Positions 37,662 through 46,728 of a DNA stretch of 64,000 nucleotides are shown one piece after another. The stretch is from Candidatus Thorarchaeota archaeon. GTDB lineage: Archaea; Asgardarchaeota; Thorarchaeia; Thorarchaeales; Thorarchaeaceae. Within the stretch, counting starts at the first letter, position 1. Every line of letters starts with the position of its first letter. The stretch lies in NCBI GenBank assembly GCA_020348985.1, contig CP070761.1, forward strand, positions 1,043,713 to 1,107,712, read 5' to 3'. The notes under the pieces were generated by a model. It was not told the origin of the DNA, did no database searches, and worked only from the letters and a program-made list of their open reading frames with translations. Made by a program: the position numbers and the translations under genes.

Positions 37662-38620
37662 ATTCTCGTCTTCGCGACGTAGTACACTGCCAATGCAAGA
37701 AACGCACTGCCTATAATTGATGCACTTACAAAACCAGCCATTGTATAGTCTACGGGTGCTGGTGTAGTAGGTGAGGCTGTAGTTGTGGACGTGGTGGTTG
37801 GAGGAGGCGTTGTAGTTGTGGGCACAACATCTCCTGCTGTGAACGGCCCATCAGACTGATCCGAGGTCGTGTAGATTCCGTCGGTTACACGTACCTCAAT
37901 GACGTAGCTAGACAACAGAAGGAACCCACTGCTGTTCCACTCATATCGAGTTTCAGTTAGGCCTGTTGTCAGAAGCTGGAATGTCGATCCTCCATCAGAT
38001 GATAATCGAACTTCGAATTCTAAGACTTCCTCAGTGTTATTATCATAGGCAGTCCAAGTGACATTCCAGGGTTTCGTTATGTTCTCTCCACCGTTTGGAG
38101 ACACCACCTCAATCTTCGGCACGAAAAAGTTGCCAATAAAGACGTTCGTGACGTTACGGCTAATTTCCACACCAGTTGTTAGCCAGGCTGTCACATTGAT
38201 TGTGCAGGTAGCGTTGTTTCCAAGCCTTCTTGTGTCAATCTCTACGGAAGTGTGATTGACATCAGAGACAATTAATATGGGAATGGCAGTTGCATTTACT
38301 TCGAGTCTAGTCCTATTGATATCCGAATTGGGCGTGAAAGTCGCATTCAGGATTATATGGTCTCCAGCAATGCGATCACCAGACATTATGGGCGTCTTCG
38401 TATCATTCCAGTGGGAGTAGAATGTGAGGTTCAGCACGGGTTCATCCATGGAAATCAACTTGACTTTGCAGGTCGATGTCGGATCATAATCGGCCGGCTG
38501 ATTGCCAAGAAACAATGGGAATAGATTGAGGAACAAGAATACTGCTAGAAAACAAGCTGAGTAGAGCCTTCGTGTTACGGTCAATGGGCGAATGGCATGA
38601 ACTGTCACGTTGGATTCCAT
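37652..38620 (-). CDS. Secreted/surface glycoprotein with Ig-like domain, Thr/Pro linker and C-terminal TM
   Basis: N-terminal hydrophobic signal, many NxS/T sequons, SPNGGE, TTTTPPPTTT linker, C-terminal TM. Start is uncertain. Confidence 0.75.
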   Translation of the reverse strand: MESNVTVHAIRPLTVTRRLYSACFLAVFLFLNLFPLFLGNQPADYDPTSTCKVKLISMDEPVLNLTFYSHWNDTKTPIMSGDRIAGDHIILNATFTPNSDINRTRLEVNATAIPILIVSDVNHTSVEIDTRRLGNNATCTINVTAWLTTGVEISRNVTNVFIGNFFVPKIEVVSPNGGENITKPWNVTWTAYDNNTEEVLEFEVRLSSDGGSTFQLLTTGLTETRYEWNSSGFLLLSSYVIEVRVTDGIYTTSDQSDGPFTAGDVVPTTTTPPPTTTSTTTASPTTPAPVDYTMAGFVSASIIGSAFLALAVYYVAKTRIYD

Positions 38621-38673
38621 CGTACATGACTTGATTTGTAAGGATAAAGTTCTACTTTTAGTACTCATAGAAC

Positions 38674-39144
38674 CTAATCTCCTTCCGGAAACGGCTGTTC
38701 CCTCCAAATTCTCAATGCCTCCAACCAGAGAAGTATGCAAACAGATCCAAGCATACCAAGGAGTACCAGGGAGTACCAGTCTCCAAACTGCAAGAAGACT
38801 GTGGCCAGAGCTGCAGTTAGTGAGGTGTAGAATGTGGCGTAGAAGAGATACCTTGGCACCATCAGTCTTCCTCGACCAATGAATTGGTCCAACAGACCGA
38901 ACCTAACATCACGCTTGATCGTGTACTGGCCGTGAACATCCTTGTTCACAAGGCCGAATTGCTTCAATCGTTCAAGATGATGCATCGAGAGGGATGGACT
39001 AGAGAGGTGTGCTCCTCTTTGAATCTCTCTTGCTGTCATTGGCACCGGATGTCGCAACATGTACCAGTAAACGCGTAGTGTCTTGCCCTTGAGATCCTTT
39101 GCCAGTTCCTCAACTGGTATCTCCTCCTCGGACAAGAGCCACAT
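38674..39144 (-). CDS. Membrane-tethered winged-helix protein
   Basis: LKGKTLRVYWYML..P..REIQR..LSSPSL..HHLERL, followed by two TM helices. Confidence 0.8.
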   Translation of the reverse strand: MWLLSEEEIPVEELAKDLKGKTLRVYWYMLRHPVPMTAREIQRGAHLSSPSLSMHHLERLKQFGLVNKDVHGQYTIKRDVRFGLLDQFIGRGRLMVPRYLFYATFYTSLTAALATVFLQFGDWYSLVLLGMLGSVCILLWLEALRIWREQPFPEGD

Positions 39145-39362
39145 CTCCGATTGTGTAGGAGGTGCTAGGAACGGACTTGCTCTTAACTATGACCATTTCC
39201 TACATCGAATTTGGTCCGAAAACGAGTCCCGCAAGGGAAGGCTAAAATAGCTCATCATTTCGCCACAGGTCAGCCAGACCAGGTTATGTCTCAGTAATCA
39301 CGACTGGGGAAATCTTAGGCCGTGGGAATCAATTGTCGTTGAGATCTATGGAGAACTCGCAA

Positions 39363-39707
39363 ATGTCGAAAGTCCGAAAGCCCATTACGCCAAAACCCCC
39401 AAGGACTAGGGAGAAGGTTCTCGTCATTCTCAACGAGCAGTGCAAGCAGTGCGAGCTCTGTGTGGTCTTCTGTCCTAAGAATGTCCTCTGTATTAATGAG
39501 TCCATTTACAACAGGAAAGGATACCACCCTGTCACAACCTGTGACCTTGAGGCATGTGTGAACTGTGGGTTCTGTGAAAGAATCTGTCCTGACATGGCCA
39601 TATTCTTGGCTGACAGAAATGCCGCTAGAAAAGCGTATGAAGCAGGCGCATTTGAAGAGGGGACTGTAATCCCTGAATTCGATAAAGAAACCCAGGAGGA
39701 ACAGTGA
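39363..39707 (+). CDS. korD: 2-oxoacid:ferredoxin oxidoreductase delta (ferredoxin) subunit
   Basis: CKQCELCVVFCP, NRKGYHP, CVNCGFCERICPDMAI. Confidence 0.88.
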   Translation: MSKVRKPITPKPPRTREKVLVILNEQCKQCELCVVFCPKNVLCINESIYNRKGYHPVTTCDLEACVNCGFCERICPDMAIFLADRNAARKAYEAGAFEEGTVIPEFDKETQEEQ

Positions 39708-40844
39708 ATGCCCGAGCGTGTCATGTTCACAATGGGTGACATTGCTAGCGCCGAGGGGGCACTTAGCGCAGGTTGCAAGTACTTTGGAGGCTATCCAATA
39801 ACTCCTGCTACCGAGATTGCGGAGTGGATGTCCTTGAGGATGCCTGAGCTCGGCGGCGCCTATGTTCAATATGAAGACGAAATTGCATCAATTACGAGCG
39901 TGATCGGTGCCTCATGGACTGGCGTGAAATCGATGACCGCAACATCTGGACCTGGCGTAAGTCTGATGCTGGAAGCAGTTGGACTTGCGGTCATGACCGA
40001 GACTCCATTGGTCTTGGTAAACATAATGCGAGGGGGACCAAGTACTGGCCAACCCACAAAGGGACAGCAAGGAGATGTTATGCAACCCAAGTGGGGCAGT
40101 CATGGCGACTACCAAATCATCGCTCTTACACCGGCGTCTGTACAGGAGATGTTTGATCAGACTGTTCAGGCATTCAACCTATCAGAGAGGTATAGGACTC
40201 CGGTTTTTGTCCTAGCAGACGAAACAGTGGGACACATGCGTGAACGCTTGGTTATTCCCGATGAGAAGGATTTGAAACTCGAGTATCGGAAGCTGCCCAC
40301 GGGCCCCCCCGAGGAGTATCTCCCGTTCAAAGCCGACGATGATTTGGTTCCACCCATGGCGTTGCTTGGCTCAAAGTACCATTTCTATGCAACCGGTCTA
40401 ACTCATGATGAGCGCGGTTATCCAAGTGACAAAGAAGACGTTCAGATTGAGCTCATTACTCGCCTCAACAACAAGATACTCCATAACGCAGACAAGATCA
40501 TCGACCTGGAGAGATTCATGCTTGACGATGCAAAGATTTGCGTCATCTCCTATGGCACACCCTCGCGAAGTGCCAAGAAAGCAATCAAGGATGCGCGCAG
40601 CGAGGGAATCAAGGTCGGTATGCTGAGGTTCAAAACAGTCTGGCCATTCCCTGAAGAGGCCGCTGCTCAGATTGCCGCAGAAGTGAAGCATATTATCGTC
40701 GCTGAACAGAATCTAGGACAGGTCTACTATATGGTCAAAGCAGCAAGTGGAAGTACACCGGTTCATCTGATGACCAAACCAGCCGGAATGCCACAACTCC
40801 CCAATGAGATCCTGGACAAGATTAAGGAGGTTGATTCGCTATAA
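39708..40844 (+). CDS. korA: 2-oxoacid:ferredoxin oxidoreductase alpha subunit
   Basis: GYPITPATEI, EDEIAS, TATSGPG, RGGPSTGQPT, TGLTHDERG. Confidence 0.93.
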   Translation: MPERVMFTMGDIASAEGALSAGCKYFGGYPITPATEIAEWMSLRMPELGGAYVQYEDEIASITSVIGASWTGVKSMTATSGPGVSLMLEAVGLAVMTETPLVLVNIMRGGPSTGQPTKGQQGDVMQPKWGSHGDYQIIALTPASVQEMFDQTVQAFNLSERYRTPVFVLADETVGHMRERLVIPDEKDLKLEYRKLPTGPPEEYLPFKADDDLVPPMALLGSKYHFYATGLTHDERGYPSDKEDVQIELITRLNNKILHNADKIIDLERFMLDDAKICVISYGTPSRSAKKAIKDARSEGIKVGMLRFKTVWPFPEEAAAQIAAEVKHIIVAEQNLGQVYYMVKAASGSTPVHLMTKPAGMPQLPNEILDKIKEVDSL

Positions 40845-41683
40845 CCAAGGCAGATACGGCTCTTCGTCACCCCTTGCAGAAGTACATCAGAACTGATCGA
40901 CAGCCCTGGATCTATTGCTCCGGATGTTCTATTGGAACTGTTACCCAGATGATTGCAAGGGCAATTGACAACCTAGAGCTAGACTTCAACAAGGTCGTGG
41001 TCGTCTCAGGAATTGGATGCTCTGGAAGGATTTCAGGATACTTCAAGACCGGTACTTATCACACGACACATGGCAGGGCGATTGCCTTTGCTGAAGGTGT
41101 CAAGATTGCCAATCCAGAACTGGAAGTCATAGTTGTTAGCGGAGACGGCGACATCGCGGCTATCGGAGGCAACCACCTCATTCATGCGTGTAGGAGAAAC
41201 ATCGACATAACGATAGTATGCATCAACAACTTCAACTACGGGATGACTGGTGGCCAGTTTGGTCCAACGACTGAGCACGAGAAGTACTCACAGACAAGCC
41301 CTAGACCCATCGGGAATTTGGAGCATCCTTTCAACCTCGTGAAACTTGCAGCATCTTCTGGAGCGACTTATGTTGCCCGTTGGACTGCTGTCCAGGCACG
41401 TCGTGGAACAAGGTCAATCGAGAAGGGCATCAAGAAGAAGGGACTCTCATTCATTGAGATAGTTGGCGCATGTCCGACTGAATATGGGAGAATGAACCGG
41501 CTCGGTGATGGCGTGGAGATGCACAAACATTTGCTCGAAGTAGCAGAGATACAGAATGGTCTACCCCCCCACGAAGCAGAACTTGACTACGAAACCAGGA
41601 TTGTGTGTGGAGAATTCTTGGACATAGAAAAACCAGAATACACAGCTGTGCTTCGAGAGGCTCAAGAGAAGGTCAAGGAGTGA
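40841..41683 (+). CDS. korB: 2-oxoacid:ferredoxin oxidoreductase beta subunit (probable ATA start)
   Basis: CSGC, SGIGCS, THGR, GDGD...NN.NYGMTGGQ (TPP binding). Conserved HP lies upstream of the first TTG (40874). Confidence 0.92.
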   Translation: MTKADTALRHPLQKYIRTDRQPWIYCSGCSIGTVTQMIARAIDNLELDFNKVVVVSGIGCSGRISGYFKTGTYHTTHGRAIAFAEGVKIANPELEVIVVSGDGDIAAIGGNHLIHACRRNIDITIVCINNFNYGMTGGQFGPTTEHEKYSQTSPRPIGNLEHPFNLVKLAASSGATYVARWTAVQARRGTRSIEKGIKKKGLSFIEIVGACPTEYGRMNRLGDGVEMHKHLLEVAEIQNGLPPHEAELDYETRIVCGEFLDIEKPEYTAVLREAQEKVKE

Positions 41684-41688
41684 TAGAC

Positions 41689-42246
41689 TTGGCTCGTTAC
41701 GAGATTAGGTTTGGCGGCTTCGGTGGGCAGGGAATTGTCACTATGGCCGTTGTTCTCGGAGAGACCCTGTCGCTCATCGAGGGAAAGCACTGTGTACAGA
41801 CTCAGAGCTACGGTCCAGAAGCTCGCGGTGGAGCAACAAAGAGCGAGATTGTAATTGACGACGACGAGGTAGACTACCCAAAGGTTCAGGAACCGGATGT
41901 CTTCGTGGCAATGAGCCGTGCAGCCTATCTCGAGTACATTGAAGGACTCAAAGATGACGGTATCTTGATCATCGATGAAGATCTTGTAGATGTAGAGGGC
42001 GACCTATCTGACGGAATCAAGATCTACAAAATCCCAGCAACGCGTATAGCTGACAAGGATGTCGGAGCGAAGCAGTCAACCAATGTAGTGATGTTGGGAG
42101 CGCTCGCTGCAATAACTGGGATTGTTTCCATTGATGGTTTGAAACAGAGAGTTGTCGAGAGATGGCCTCGTTTCAAAGAATCAAATCTGAAGGCTTTAGA
42201 GGCTGGCGTAAAAGCTGGTGAAGGCGCCGAGCCAAGTAGCGCATAG
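41689..42246 (+). CDS. korC: 2-oxoacid:ferredoxin oxidoreductase gamma subunit
   Basis: EIRFGGFGGQG, QSYGPEARGG, NVVMLGAL. Start re-called to TTG 41689 after GGAGTG. Confidence 0.92.
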   Translation: MARYEIRFGGFGGQGIVTMAVVLGETLSLIEGKHCVQTQSYGPEARGGATKSEIVIDDDEVDYPKVQEPDVFVAMSRAAYLEYIEGLKDDGILIIDEDLVDVEGDLSDGIKIYKIPATRIADKDVGAKQSTNVVMLGALAAITGIVSIDGLKQRVVERWPRFKESNLKALEAGVKAGEGAEPSSA

Positions 42247-42282
42247 CACCTTCACCCCAAATCAAGGTCCGTGCTCATTTGC

Positions 42283-43197
42283 TCATCTTCTTCTCACGTA
42301 GATAGCTACTATTGCAACAAGTGCTGCTGTGCCTATGATTGCAGTACCATAGACTAGGAGAGAGTCAAAGATCGAGTCAGTATTCTCGTTTTCAGTTACG
42401 TTCGACGACTCCAATAACCAACGCGCAACTCTCAGCAGCATTGGCCACTCGGAATCAGGATCGTCAAGTTCATCGAAGGAAGTTGTCCCGTCACGGTCGC
42501 TCTCCTCCTCGAACTCAGGATGAGGTGACGACAAGAAGACACTTCCATGCCCGTACGGAAACGCAATCATTCCAGGCAAGCCATTCATGTCATATCTGGC
42601 AATGGGGATAACCTCATTTGTTATGTTTGTGAAGTAGCCCGATCCCCAGTACATCGTTGTAAAGTCCTCAGGCATATCAGAGAAGTCAGGCCCAGTGGAG
42701 CTCACATTGAGAGTCATGTCAATCGTACCAGTACCGTATCCAAGTATTCCCCAGTTTATGCGTCCTTGATGTAACCCAAGATGGTTAGTTGTTGCGAACT
42801 CAGCACCGCCACAGATCCCAAAATAGGACCCTCCGTTGCTAACGAAATTGATTATCTCCTCCATTCCATCTTCCTGAAGGAATACTCTGTAAGTAAATGC
42901 GGGACCCCCGGGCATTACAAAAATCTCGTAGTCATCTAGGGTGCCGTTGCGAATATCTGAGGCCATAACGTACGTCACGCTGGCGTTCATCCATTCAAAC
43001 ATGGCTGCCAAGGCAAGCCAACTATCACCAGACCTATCGACACCATCGTCGCCATAGACTGCTACTGCAACCCCTTCTAGGTCTGTTGTTGGATTTGTTA
43101 GTGCAGCTGTAGGAGATGCTGATGCAATGAAGAGAAGGACTGCAAGTCCTGAAACCAAGAATAGTCTGAAGCGATACCCATGAACTGGTTGTTTCAT
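42283..43197 (-). CDS. Secreted BPL-N / class I glutamine amidotransferase-like protein with C-terminal TM anchor
   Basis: Signal peptide, MPGG, GGSYFGICGGA (nucleophile Cys), SPHPE, C-terminal TM plus RRR. Confidence 0.8.
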   Translation of the reverse strand: MKQPVHGYRFRLFLVSGLAVLLFIASASPTAALTNPTTDLEGVAVAVYGDDGVDRSGDSWLALAAMFEWMNASVTYVMASDIRNGTLDDYEIFVMPGGPAFTYRVFLQEDGMEEIINFVSNGGSYFGICGGAEFATTNHLGLHQGRINWGILGYGTGTIDMTLNVSSTGPDFSDMPEDFTTMYWGSGYFTNITNEVIPIARYDMNGLPGMIAFPYGHGSVFLSSPHPEFEEESDRDGTTSFDELDDPDSEWPMLLRVARWLLESSNVTENENTDSIFDSLLVYGTAIIGTAALVAIVAIYVRRR

Positions 43198-43270
43198 TAT
43201 TTACATACACCGCTTGGAAACGGCATTGACCCTACTTTTAATGGGACGGTTCAACGCAGCCGCCTAGTGA

Positions 43271-44071
43271 TTAGTGACGCTCGAGAGCAAGATAAGCGGC
43301 GCCAAGGGCACCTGTCAACTGAGGATTCTCAGGCACCCACAGCTCTCCACCGAGTTCCTTTGAGAGATAGTGTCGGAAAGCAGGGTTCTTGGCAACTCCG
43401 CCAGTGATACAAATGGGCTCTTTGATGCCAACCCTTCTTGCCAGGGAGCCTATCTTTGAAGCCATGGCTAGATGGACTCCTGCAGCAATGTCAGTGGGGG
43501 TTTCGCCAGCCCCGATTCTACCGACAACTTCGCTCTCTGCGAAGACTGTGCAGGTGCTACTTATGGTACAAGGTGCTTGTGACTCCAACGCCAGTGGCCC
43601 TAGTTCTTCAATTGACACCTCTAGCACTCTGGCCATTACTTCGAGGAATCGCCCAGTTCCTGCGCTGCACTTGTCGTTGAGCTCAAAGTCCGCGGGACGC
43701 CCATTAGAACCCAGTCGCATGACTTTCGAGTCCTGCCCACCGACATCAACAATGAAACGAATCTCTGGGTTTAGTCGACTTATGCCTACAGCGTGGCATG
43801 TGATTTCAGTCACTGTATCAGTTGCTATCTCGACAATGTTGCGACCATAGCCTGTGCTTATGGTAGGAATATCAAAGAGATCTAGGTCGGAAGTTTCCTT
43901 GAGTGCAGAGAGTATGGATTCCACCGACCTAGGGGCGGATGCGCCAGTCATTTGGAGGTGGCTCGCGATGACTCTGCCAGTAGAGTCGATTAGTACTCCC
44001 TTGGCTGTCGTCGATCCAATGTCAAGACCAACGCCCAACTTGTCTTCATCTTTCAAGATTCCATACCTCAA
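43271..44071 (-). CDS. 2-hydroxyacyl-CoA dehydratase activator (HgdC/FldI/BadF ASKHA ATPase)
   Basis: GLDIGSTTAK, STGYGR, EITCH, DVGGQDSK, NDKCSAGTGRFLE, CTVFAESE. Confidence 0.92.
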   Translation of the reverse strand: MRYGILKDEDKLGVGLDIGSTTAKGVLIDSTGRVIASHLQMTGASAPRSVESILSALKETSDLDLFDIPTISTGYGRNIVEIATDTVTEITCHAVGISRLNPEIRFIVDVGGQDSKVMRLGSNGRPADFELNDKCSAGTGRFLEVMARVLEVSIEELGPLALESQAPCTISSTCTVFAESEVVGRIGAGETPTDIAAGVHLAMASKIGSLARRVGIKEPICITGGVAKNPAFRHYLSKELGGELWVPENPQLTGALGAAYLALERH

Positions 44072-45288
44072 GTAACCATCTCAAGCAGAGCTTCAATCCG
44101 TGTTTCAATTTGAGCCTCGTTGAATAACCTGCTATCCACCATATCCCCTTCAATCACGACGCCAGGAATCCCTGTTCTCTCCGTAACAATCTCTTTCGAA
44201 ACATATTGTCCCAGTGAGTATCTCTTGCATGACCGGACTGAGAACATGACGAAGGCATCAAGATCGAAATCCTTGATCAATTGACACATCTTGTCTACCT
44301 TTGCATCCAATCCCTTGTTGAGGTAGACATTAGAATAGATGTCAACAATCGCATCCAGAATCGATCTCGTGTCCGTTCCTTCAACTGCTCCGGACCAAGC
44401 ATGTGTGTAGGTGTCCGCTGGAAAGACCACACCTTTTGCGGCCAGTTTGTTGAAAAAGCGAAGTGCAAACCACGGAGGAATGTTGTCCCATAGCAGACGC
44501 ACCTTTTCTTCTCGAACGGCACCAATCCCCTGCTTGGCACGGTCTTGCACTTCTTCAAGCAATGCCTCATAGAACTCAACACAATGTTCAGTTCCCCGGC
44601 TTGACACAACCGGAGCCATAGTCAGAAAGCGATCTGCACAGTTCAGAGGGCTAGGACTCTTCTGACATTCCTTCAATGCTGAAGTCCACAAATGAATAGC
44701 CTTACTTGACAGCTCAGAGACCTCACGAAATCGCTCTTCTTCGAGTGACGTCTGAAACGTTGTACTGAGGAACTCAACTAGCCTCTCGACGCCGCTTCGC
44801 ACGTACTCTCGATGATGAGGTGTCTGGTCCCCCTCAAGCGGCGGAGTGTCGAGGAGATACACAGGAGCACCAGTCATCTGGGAGATACCATCATACCACT
44901 TCAGAACTGTCCCACAAATGTTGTTACATGCAAGCAGAGCCTGTGGTGTTGGAAGTGAGCCCATTGGAACATCGTCAGGTCTGTCAGTTGAACCAATACT
45001 CACCATGGCGTAGGAGCAAAGTTCCTGTGTATAGCCCATATCTTCAGCGTAGCCGCATACTTCCGGTCCTATCTTCTGAGCCCCTATGATGGCTCCAGCC
45101 TGTTCAGGATAAGTTGGGAAGACATTCATTGCGAAAGGAATCTCGACCGGGAAGCCCGATGTTACCCATGCAAGATTACCTTCCTCGGATGCATTCATAG
45201 CCTCGAGACCGTGACGAAATGCAATTTGCTGTAGCAGAGCTTGTGTTTCAAGTCGTCTGTATGGTTTTTCATCACTCATCGTATTCAC
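44068..45288 (-). CDS. 2-hydroxyacyl-CoA dehydratase subunit (FldB/HgdA-like)
   Basis: ELCSY, CNNICGT..KW, SCK, EGDMVDSR...ETRIEA. Confidence 0.88.
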   Translation of the reverse strand: MNTMSDEKPYRRLETQALLQQIAFRHGLEAMNASEEGNLAWVTSGFPVEIPFAMNVFPTYPEQAGAIIGAQKIGPEVCGYAEDMGYTQELCSYAMVSIGSTDRPDDVPMGSLPTPQALLACNNICGTVLKWYDGISQMTGAPVYLLDTPPLEGDQTPHHREYVRSGVERLVEFLSTTFQTSLEEERFREVSELSSKAIHLWTSALKECQKSPSPLNCADRFLTMAPVVSSRGTEHCVEFYEALLEEVQDRAKQGIGAVREEKVRLLWDNIPPWFALRFFNKLAAKGVVFPADTYTHAWSGAVEGTDTRSILDAIVDIYSNVYLNKGLDAKVDKMCQLIKDFDLDAFVMFSVRSCKRYSLGQYVSKEIVTERTGIPGVVIEGDMVDSRLFNEAQIETRIEALLEMVT

Positions 45289-45293
45289 CTTCC

Positions 45294-46496
45294 TCAGCCG
45301 GATGCGAGAGTCTCCAAGAAACTCTGAACTCTTAGGCTAAGCCGAGACTTGTCTGACATCTCAGGATCCATTGGAAGCCTTAGAGCTGGAATGCCTGAAT
45401 CGGTCACGGAATTCTCCAATGATGGGGCCTCAAACTGGTCTGGATCGCAGAAGGACTGCTCGCACACAATCACGCCATCAATTGAGAGATTCGATAGCAT
45501 GCCTTTCAGGAAGTCAAGCCGCTTTTGCAGCCCTTCTTGTGTTGGTTCAAGGTGGGCCTTCAGTGTAGCTCGGGCCATCTCCTCAAACGGATCTCCATCA
45601 AGTGAGAGGGGATCAGTAAACACGGTCTTGAATCCGAAAGAGAGCATATCAAACACAATCGCGCTATCTGAGCCTCCAGGAGTTGATTCCATCAACTGCG
45701 CAATGTCTGTTGGCTCGACCATCCCGCCCAGAACTACTATCCTTGGCGAGTCAGTTTCTTCAGGTGTAATAGGGGTCTCAATTTTCCTCTCAAGTAGAGA
45801 TGCGCTGAGTTTCTCTACGGAGTCGGTATGCCCTTGGGCGTCCATATCCTTTTGTACCTTGGAAAGAAGAGCTTCTGCTGTTGCAAGCGAATCCAAGCTC
45901 GGAACAGAAAGGAATCCTCTAACGGCCTTGGCTAGTTCAGAGTAGGACACGACATCAGGGTTGATTAATCTAGCAGCGTAGATGAATTGCACTGCCCATC
46001 GGAACCGTCCTACGAAGTCTGCAGACCTCCTTAGCTCCTCGCGGGAGAATCCTGTGCCCAGCTTCAGTTCGATTCCCTTGCTAAGAATGCGCAATTCCTC
46101 TGCAAGGAACTTGACTGCAGCACGGCCAGCCCCGCCTGCAGGATACGTAAGTCGGAAGAAAATGTCATTGGGAAAGCGAACTCTCCAGATGTCACCAACA
46201 TTCTGAAGAGAATCGCAAGTGTTCCCAGGAAAGATGAATCCCGAAAGGACAGAGAGCTGGTCACGGACCCGCTGACTGAATATGTTCCTAGCAAATGAAC
46301 ATGCGAATGTTTGCAGGCTTCCTTCATAGGCACCCGAAACTGTGGAGTCAGCCCATACTAGAACTGGCATGAAATCGTGTGCCATGAGTAGCTCTAGTGG
46401 GATGTGTGGATAGAAGTATCCGATCAGTCTCTGTCCGGACTCGGAGAGCTGTTTGAGTAGCCGCTCCGATTGCTCACTCACTTCTCCAGAGGTCAA
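45294..46496 (-). CDS. 2-hydroxyacyl-CoA dehydratase subunit (FldC/HgdB/BcrC-like)
   Basis: PLELL.AH...P, QTFACS, TCDSL, FCDP, RVQSFLE. Confidence 0.85.
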   Translation of the reverse strand: MTSGEVSEQSERLLKQLSESGQRLIGYFYPHIPLELLMAHDFMPVLVWADSTVSGAYEGSLQTFACSFARNIFSQRVRDQLSVLSGFIFPGNTCDSLQNVGDIWRVRFPNDIFFRLTYPAGGAGRAAVKFLAEELRILSKGIELKLGTGFSREELRRSADFVGRFRWAVQFIYAARLINPDVVSYSELAKAVRGFLSVPSLDSLATAEALLSKVQKDMDAQGHTDSVEKLSASLLERKIETPITPEETDSPRIVVLGGMVEPTDIAQLMESTPGGSDSAIVFDMLSFGFKTVFTDPLSLDGDPFEEMARATLKAHLEPTQEGLQKRLDFLKGMLSNLSIDGVIVCEQSFCDPDQFEAPSLENSVTDSGIPALRLPMDPEMSDKSRLSLRVQSFLETLASG

Positions 46497-46728
46497 TGTA
46501 TGGATCCTCAGTGGTCATTCTTACGGGCTAAGGCCGCACAGAGTTCAACTGTCGTCTCACACATCTTAATTGTTGTGCTAGGTCTTTGTTGTGAACTTTA
46601 ACCCTATTCTACAACGCGACGGCGCCTCATGCAAACCTTTCAGAAGGGTTATGAGGAACTATGTACCCATTTTGCCTGAAGTCAGGACTCTTATGAGTGC
46701 CATCAGACTGAGAAGGAGAATAGAAAAT

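Noticed and set aside
37770-37825. Low-complexity GTA/GTG/GTT repeats
   Set aside because: They encode the Thr/Pro linker of the surface protein and are not an independent DNA repeat.
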